In this document: piece after piece, positions 56,924 to 64,000 of the stretch
How the letters are laid out: every line of letters starts with the position of its first letter
How positions within the stretch are numbered: position 1 is the first letter of the stretch
Assembly: GCA_020724805.1 (NCBI GenBank)
Contig: DYGI01000002.1
Coordinates: 23,582 to 87,581 of the forward strand
Length of the DNA: 64,000 nt
DNA from: Candidatus Microgenomatus sp.
GTDB taxonomy: Bacteria > Patescibacteriota > Minisyncoccia > UBA6257 > GWB1-50-10
Reading direction: 5' to 3'
Translations under genes and position numbers: made by a program
Notes under the pieces: model-generated
What the model saw: only the letters and a program-made list of their open reading frames with translations
Database searches by the model: none
What the model was told of the DNA's origin: nothing

Positions 56924-58240
56924 ATGAAAGAGCTTCTCCTCAAATTACTGATGTGGAAGTTGGAACTCCTCGCGCGCCTTACGGTGCGGCGATATGCTCC
57001 GGGTATTGTGGCGGTGACGGGAAGCGTGGGGAAAACCTCGACCAAGGAAGCGCTTCGCGCGGTCTTGGGGCACAAATATCGGGCGCGCGCCGCGGCAAAG
57101 AGTTTCAATAACGAGCTAGGGGTGCCGCTCACCATCGTGAGCGCTGCGGAGCGAAGCGGCGGCCCGTTCTTTTGGTTTATGACGCTTTGGCGCGCGTGCG
57201 TGCAACTTATCGTTCGAAACCGGAATTATCCCGAGGTGTTGATACTCGAGTATGCCATCGACCGTCCGGGGGATATGACCAATCTTATCCGCATCGCGGC
57301 GCCCGACGTCGCGGTGATGACCGCGATGGGCGACGTGCCCGTGCATGTGGAGTTTTTCTCGGGACCGGAGGCGGTACTCCATGAAAAGGCAAAAATTGTA
57401 AAGGCGCTCCCGGACGATGGGTTTGCGGTATTGAATGCCGACGATCCGAAAGTGGCGGGAGTGGCCGACCTTTCCCGCGGCCACGTCATCACCTACGGGT
57501 TCAACGATGGTGCGGATGTGCGAATTTCCAATTTCAAAAGCGAACTCGAAGGTTCACACGCTTCCGTCCATTTCAAAATAAGCCATAACGGCACGGTGGT
57601 GCCGGTTCGAATGAAGGATGTATTGGGGAAGGCGGATGTATACGCGGCAGCGGCCGCTGCCGCCGCGGGAATCGCGTTCGGAATGAATTTGGTGGACATT
57701 GCGGCGGGATTGGAATCCTATGTGCCGCCGCCGGGACGATTCCGCGTGCTCCCCGGTCTTCGTGAAACTTTACTTATCGATTCTACGTACAATGCGTCAC
57801 CGCTCGCGATGGCCGAAGCGCTTGAAACCTTGCGGGGAGTGAAGGCATCTCGAAAAATTGTGGTAGTGGGGGATATGTTGGAGCTTGGGAAATTCACCGT
57901 TCCGGCGCACGAGGAATTGGGAAAAATGATTACAAAATCAGGCGACCTTTTGATCGCGGTCGGGCATCGCGCGAAATTTGCGGCGGAAGCTGCGCTCGCA
58001 GCAGGGATGTCAAAATTAAGGGTACATTCCTTTCTCGCGCTCGCCGATGCGGCACGTTATCTCGAAGCGACCATGAAGCCGAAAGACCTCGTGCTGTTCA
58101 AGGCATCTCAGGGAGTGCGTCTTGAACGCGTTTTGAAGCGATTCATCGCGGAACCGTCGCGGGTTGGGGAGTTTCTCGTACGTCAGGAACCAAAATGGCT
58201 CAAAGAAAAGGGCTTGTATGATGAGGGAGAGTTAGAGTAA
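56924..58240 (+). CDS. murF: UDP-MurNAc-tripeptide--D-Ala-D-Ala ligase
   Basis: VTGSVGKTSTKE, SFNNELGVPLT, DSTYNASP, GDMLELG, KAS. Confidence 0.92.
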   Translation: MKELLLKLLMWKLELLARLTVRRYAPGIVAVTGSVGKTSTKEALRAVLGHKYRARAAAKSFNNELGVPLTIVSAAERSGGPFFWFMTLWRACVQLIVRNRNYPEVLILEYAIDRPGDMTNLIRIAAPDVAVMTAMGDVPVHVEFFSGPEAVLHEKAKIVKALPDDGFAVLNADDPKVAGVADLSRGHVITYGFNDGADVRISNFKSELEGSHASVHFKISHNGTVVPVRMKDVLGKADVYAAAAAAAAGIAFGMNLVDIAAGLESYVPPPGRFRVLPGLRETLLIDSTYNASPLAMAEALETLRGVKASRKIVVVGDMLELGKFTVPAHEELGKMITKSGDLLIAVGHRAKFAAEAALAAGMSKLRVHSFLALADAARYLEATMKPKDLVLFKASQGVRLERVLKRFIAEPSRVGEFLVRQEPKWLKEKGLYDEGELE

Positions 58241-58252
58241 TTTATTGTAGAC

Positions 58253-58324
58253 GGCCCCATCGTCTAGTGGTCAGGACACGTGGTTCTCATCCACGAAACA
58301 GGAGTTCGATTCTCCTTGGGGCTA
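58253..58324 (+). tRNA. tRNA-Glu(CTC), no encoded CCA
   Basis: Acceptor GGCCCCA/TGGGGCT, anticodon arm CGTGG-TTCTCAT-CCACG, T-loop GTTCGAT. Confidence 0.96.
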
Positions 58325-58325
58325 C

Positions 58326-58973
58326 ATGGAATCGCTCATTCAAACTATCGCGCCGCTCGTAGAAACCTACGGAGTATTGGGCGTGTTTTTTTTGTCGCTC
58401 ATTGAAGAGATCGTGGCGCCGGTACCTTCTTCGCTTGCGCTTATGGCGGCAGGATTTTTTCTCATCCCGCAGGGCGTTTCGTTCAGCGAAGTCGCCATTC
58501 CCGCGCTTCTCGAGGTCATCTTGCCCGCGGCATTCGGTCTCACTTTAGGCTCGCTTTTCGTCTATTCCGTCGCATACCTTGGCGGAAAACCGCTCGTGGT
58601 GAGATGGGGAAAGCTTTTTGGAGTCACGTGGGAAAAGCTGGAGCGTGCCGAGGCGCGTTTTACCTCAGGGCGCGCGGACGAGGTCATTATTTTTGGTCTA
58701 CGTGCGGTTCCGGTAACGCCGAACTTTCTCATTTCCGCTATCTGTGGCCTTGTGCGCTATCCGGTGAAGGAATTCATCGCACTCACGTTTTTTGGAGGCG
58801 TGGTGCGCGCCATTCTCATGGGTTTTTTGGGGTGGTCCGTTGGGGCTGCGTACGTTCAATATGCGGAACAGTTGAGCAGCCTTTCCAACCTTATTGCAAT
58901 CGCTATCACGGCAATTTTCCTCATCGCCGCTCTCCTTTTCCTCCTTCGCAGATTTCTACGTCTGGAGGCCTGA
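58326..58973 (+). CDS. DedA / VTT-domain membrane protein
   Basis: YG..G.F....EE...PVPS, GS...Y...Y.GG, R.VP. Confidence 0.88.
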   Translation: MESLIQTIAPLVETYGVLGVFFLSLIEEIVAPVPSSLALMAAGFFLIPQGVSFSEVAIPALLEVILPAAFGLTLGSLFVYSVAYLGGKPLVVRWGKLFGVTWEKLERAEARFTSGRADEVIIFGLRAVPVTPNFLISAICGLVRYPVKEFIALTFFGGVVRAILMGFLGWSVGAAYVQYAEQLSSLSNLIAIAITAIFLIAALLFLLRRFLRLEA

Positions 58974-59046
58974 AAAAGTGAGCAAAAAAGAGGATTTTTT
59001 GGCACTTTCCCTACTGGATTTTCGCACCGTTTTTTGATAGAATTGA

Positions 59047-61008
<1,962 letters not shown>

Positions 61009-61050
61009 AAGTTGACGACATGCGCATATTCTTGGTTTAATAGCGAGGTT

Positions 61051-61236
61051 ATGGCAAATCGCATTACCACATTTCTTCAGGAATCAAAGCAGGAGCTCAT
61101 GCGAGTGAACTGGCCGACGAAGGACGAAACCAAGCGTTATACGCTTTTTGTCATCGCCTTTTCGATTGCGTTCGCGCTTTTCCTCGGCATCATCGATTAC
61201 GGTTTCCTGAACGCGCTTGAATATTTTATCCAATAA
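61051..61236 (+). CDS. secE: Preprotein translocase subunit SecE
   Basis: EL.RV.WPT, single TM, directly before nusG. Confidence 0.92.
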   Translation: MANRITTFLQESKQELMRVNWPTKDETKRYTLFVIAFSIAFALFLGIIDYGFLNALEYFIQ

Positions 61237-61239
61237 CCA

Positions 61240-61812
61240 ATGACGGCATCACGCCCAAAACAAAAAGAATCCATTGCGGAAAAGCCCGTGCGGCGCTGGT
61301 ACGCCGTGCACACGTACTCCGGGTACGAGGATGCGGTGGCGCGTTATCTTAAGCAACGGGTGGAGTCGCTTCTGATGAGCGACAAAATATTCGACGTGGT
61401 AGTGCCGAAAGAGGTGAAAATAAAAGTGCGCGCCGGAAAGCGCTACACCATCGAGGAAAAAATCTATCCGGGCTACGTGCTTGTGGATATGATATTAGAC
61501 CACGATTCCTGGGCGGTAGTGCGGAATACTCCGCGCGTCACCGGATTTGTTGGCACCGATCCTGCGGTTCCCGCGCCGCTTTCAGAGGCCGAGGTGAAAG
61601 AGCTTTTAGGGCGAATGGGCGGAGAGGAAACGAGGTTCAAGGTTGATATCAAAGTGGACGATCTTGTGCGCATAATGGACGGGCCGTTCAAGGACCAGGA
61701 AGGGAAGGTGTCCGAGGTGGACGAGGCGCACGGTAAGGTGAAGGTGCTTGTGCCTATTTTCGGACGTGATACACTCTTGGAGCTCGATTCGCTGCAGGTA
61801 CAGAAGGTTTAA
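61240..61812 (+). CDS. nusG: Transcription termination/antitermination factor NusG
   Basis: [37 protein letters not shown]. Confidence 0.97.
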   Translation: MTASRPKQKESIAEKPVRRWYAVHTYSGYEDAVARYLKQRVESLLMSDKIFDVVVPKEVKIKVRAGKRYTIEEKIYPGYVLVDMILDHDSWAVVRNTPRVTGFVGTDPAVPAPLSEAEVKELLGRMGGEETRFKVDIKVDDLVRIMDGPFKDQEGKVSEVDEAHGKVKVLVPIFGRDTLLELDSLQVQKV

Positions 61813-61817
61813 ACATC

Positions 61818-62243
61818 ATGGCAAAAGCAGTCAAAACAGTATTGAAACTTCAGCTTCCGGCAGGGGCGGCCAACCCCGCGCCTCCTGTGGGCACCGCGCT
61901 TGGTCCCCATGGCGTGAACATCGCGGAGTTTTGCAAGCAGTTCAACGACGCCACGAAGGAAATGACGGGCGATGTGGTTCCTGCGGAGATTACCATCTAC
62001 GAGGACCGTTCGTTCACGTTCAAATTAAAAACGCCGCCCGCCTCAGCGCTCCTCAAAAAAGCGGCTGGCATCGAAAAAGGCTCCGGAAACGCACTGAAGC
62101 AAAAAGTGGGCAAAGTAACCAAGGCGGACGTGAGAAAGATCGCCGAGCGGAAGATGGTGGACTTCAACACCGAGGATGTGGATGCCGCGATGAAGATGGT
62201 AGAAGGTACCGCTCGCAATATGGGGATCGAGGTAACCGACTAA
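61818..62243 (+). CDS. rplK: 50S ribosomal protein L11
   Basis: [35 protein letters not shown]. Confidence 0.97.
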   Translation: MAKAVKTVLKLQLPAGAANPAPPVGTALGPHGVNIAEFCKQFNDATKEMTGDVVPAEITIYEDRSFTFKLKTPPASALLKKAAGIEKGSGNALKQKVGKVTKADVRKIAERKMVDFNTEDVDAAMKMVEGTARNMGIEVTD

Positions 62244-62275
62244 CAAAAAGCTCCTCGCAGAGGAGCTTTTTTGTT
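62242..62275 (+). terminator. Intrinsic terminator after rplK
   Basis: AACAAAAAGCTCCTC-GCA-GAGGAGCTTTTTTGTT. Confidence 0.85.
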
Positions 62276-62290
62276 GGTATGATGGTTCCA

Positions 62291-62734
62291 ATGTCTGATG
62301 AGGAGAGAAAATTTGGGGTAGGAGTAGGCGCGCTCATATTGGAAGGCAACAAAGTGCTTCTTGGCCTCAGAAACCCAGACCCGAAGAAAGCTAAAAGTGC
62401 ATTGCACGGAGAGGGCACATGGACTATGCCGGGAGGGAAGCTGCATTTTGGAGAGGGCCTCGAAGCGTGTGTGAAGCGGGAAGTGGAAGAAGAAACCGGT
62501 ATCCGTGTCCGTTCAGTGGCACTCGTGAGTGTCGCAAACAGTATCGCGGGAAATTCTCACTTTGTGACGATAGGATTTCTTGTGAAGGAGTGGGACGGTG
62601 AACTGAGAACGATGGAACCTGAGGAGATAGTGGAATGGCGATGGTTTGATCTTGATGAACTTCCGTCGGCCGTGTTCCCGCCATCGTCGAAAGTGTTGGA
62701 AAATTATCGAAGAGGAATTATTTTCAGCGAGTGA
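62291..62734 (+). CDS. NUDIX hydrolase
   Basis: Nudix box GG.L.FGE....C..REV.EETG; start 62291 is 7 nt after TATGAT. Confidence 0.9.
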   Translation: MSDEERKFGVGVGALILEGNKVLLGLRNPDPKKAKSALHGEGTWTMPGGKLHFGEGLEACVKREVEEETGIRVRSVALVSVANSIAGNSHFVTIGFLVKEWDGELRTMEPEEIVEWRWFDLDELPSAVFPPSSKVLENYRRGIIFSE

Positions 62735-64000
62735 TGTATATCCCGACGATTGGTCTTGAGATACATGCGGAACTTCGGACAAAAACGAAGATGTTCTGTG
62801 CGTGCCCGAATGAGCCGGACGCAAAAGAGCCGAACGTGAATACGTGCCCCGTTTGTTTGGGGCACCCCGGTACCCTTCCAATGGCGAACGAAGAGGCGAT
62901 AAAGAAAGTGCTTAAAGTCGGGTTGGCACTTGGCGGGAAGCTCGCGACCCATTCCCATTTCGATAGAAAAAGTTATTTTTATCCCGATCTCCCGAAGGGA
63001 TACCAAATTTCACAGTATGAAGAACCGCTCGTCACGGGAGGGATGTTGAAGGATATTCGCATCACCCGCATACATCTTGAGGAAGATACCGCGAGACTTT
63101 TGCATGAAGGCGGTTCCTCGGAGGATTCCTCGAGACGACCAGCGGGTACGCTGGTTGACTTTAACCGGGCGGGTGCGCCGCTCATGGAGCTTGTCACGGA
63201 GCCCGACGTGAAAACAGCAGACGAAGCAGTGGCGTTTGCGCGAGAGCTCCAGCGCATTTTGCGGTACGTAGGCGCTTCGGACGCGGATATGGAGAAGGGA
63301 CATATGAGAGTGGAGGCAAACATCTCTATTGCAAAAGAGGGCGAAGGTTTTGGCACTAAAGTTGAGGTAAAAAATTTGAACTCGTTTCGCGCGGTTTCGG
63401 GAGCCATTCGCTACGAACTTGAACGACAGGAAAAACTATTGCGTGCAGGAAAGAAAGTAGCGCAGGAAACGCGCGGGTGGAACGATAAAACAGGCGAGAC
63501 CGAGAGCCAGCGCTCAAAGGAATCCGCGCATGACTACCGCTATTTTCCGGAGCCGGACCTTCCTCCGCTCGATCTTGCCGCGTGGGATATCGATACGTTA
63601 AAACGGGAACTTCCCGAGCTCCCGGAAGCGAAACGAATTCGTTTTGCGGCGGAATTTAGCCTTGCGCCTGAGCAGACGGAGTTTTTCATTGATGAGCCAA
63701 CGCATGCCGAATTTTTCGAAGCGACGGCGTCGGAATTCAAAGCACGCCGTGCGGGGGGCAATTATGCACTTCTTGTGAATTACTTCACAAGCGACCTTCA
63801 AGGTCTTCTCAAAGAGCAAGGGATTTCCTTGTCGGAATCGAAAATAACGCCGGAACATTTTGCGCATTTTGTGGCACTCGTGGATGAAGGGAAGCTTTCG
63901 AGTCGGCTCGCAAAAGATCTTTTGCGGGAAATGTTCATAACGGGCGAAGACCCTGAGGTTTTAATGGCAAAAAGCGGCAAGCGACTCATCGGCGACGCCA
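62734..64000 (+). CDS. gatB: Asp-tRNA(Asn)/Glu-tRNA(Gln) amidotransferase subunit B (runs off the window end; absent from the ORF track)
   Basis: Own translation from ATG 62734: MYIPTIGLEIHAELRTKTKMFC...CPVCLGHPGTLP...FDRKSYFYPDLPKGYQISQ...HLEED...DFNRAGAPLMELVTEP...YRYFPEPDLPP. Confidence 0.95.
   Translation, partial: MYIPTIGLEIHAELRTKTKMFCACPNEPDAKEPNVNTCPVCLGHPGTLPMANEEAIKKVLKVGLALGGKLATHSHFDRKSYFYPDLPKGYQISQYEEPLVTGGMLKDIRITRIHLEEDTARLLHEGGSSEDSSRRPAGTLVDFNRAGAPLMELVTEPDVKTADEAVAFARELQRILRYVGASDADMEKGHMRVEANISIAKEGEGFGTKVEVKNLNSFRAVSGAIRYELERQEKLLRAGKKVAQETRGWNDKTGETESQRSKESAHDYRYFPEPDLPPLDLAAWDIDTLKRELPELPEAKRIRFAAEFSLAPEQTEFFIDEPTHAEFFEATASEFKARRAGGNYALLVNYFTSDLQGLLKEQGISLSESKITPEHFAHFVALVDEGKLSSRLAKDLLREMFITGEDPEVLMAKSGKRLIGDA

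Noticed and set aside
61748-62290. 328 aa ORF-track version of the NUDIX gene
   Set aside because: The N-terminal extension is an alternative frame over nusG/rplK and crosses a terminator. The real start is probably 62291.
63108-63150. Short apparent insertion in GatB (GGSSEDSSRRPAGT)
   Set aside because: It falls in a loop that is normally variable, and shows no clear match to the element termini or a convincing hairpin.

Overview
A 64 kb chromosomal segment that by gene content and style looks like a Patescibacteria (CPR, probably Parcubacteria) genome using genetic code 11. This is inferred from the short L13, truncated UvrC/HolB/MurF, two mreB genes, a sigma4/HARE-HTH protein, a T4CP-like ATPase and almost no biosynthetic genes. 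About 12.4-64 kb is mostly + strand housekeeping: secDF, infA-rpmJ-rpsMKD-rpoA-rplQ-rplM-rpsI, mreB/holB/frr/rseP/proS/mreBCD-mrdA, greA-lysS-serS, hrcA-grpE-dnaK-X-dnaJ, rplJL, mraZ-rsmH-ftsL-ftsI-murF, gyrB, secE-nusG-rplK, gatB, and two tRNAs. The first ~12 kb is accessory: glycosylation genes, a 1200 aa Cys-rich Fn3 surface protein flanked by two His-less CuA-like cupredoxins, a beta-propeller protein with an FCB-type T9SS C-terminal sorting domain, a candidate three-hairpin small RNA, and orphan Cys-cluster proteins. The most notable non-coding signal is a family of miniature inverted-repeat elements (3 copies, termini YCCCGTTAGAAG...CTTCTAACGGGR). Two copies sit in the same target (GGATATGAAGGA) exactly on the start codons of lysS and hrcA, and two copies share a covarying internal structure. 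Other notable points are an RpoA with no alpha-CTD, pervasive leaderless promoters, DnaA boxes overlapping MraZ boxes, and a membrane-anchored HEPN-motif protein beside the T4CP-like ATPase. No CRISPR array, transposase, integrase or prophage was recognised. All product calls are from motif recognition by eye, not database searches.
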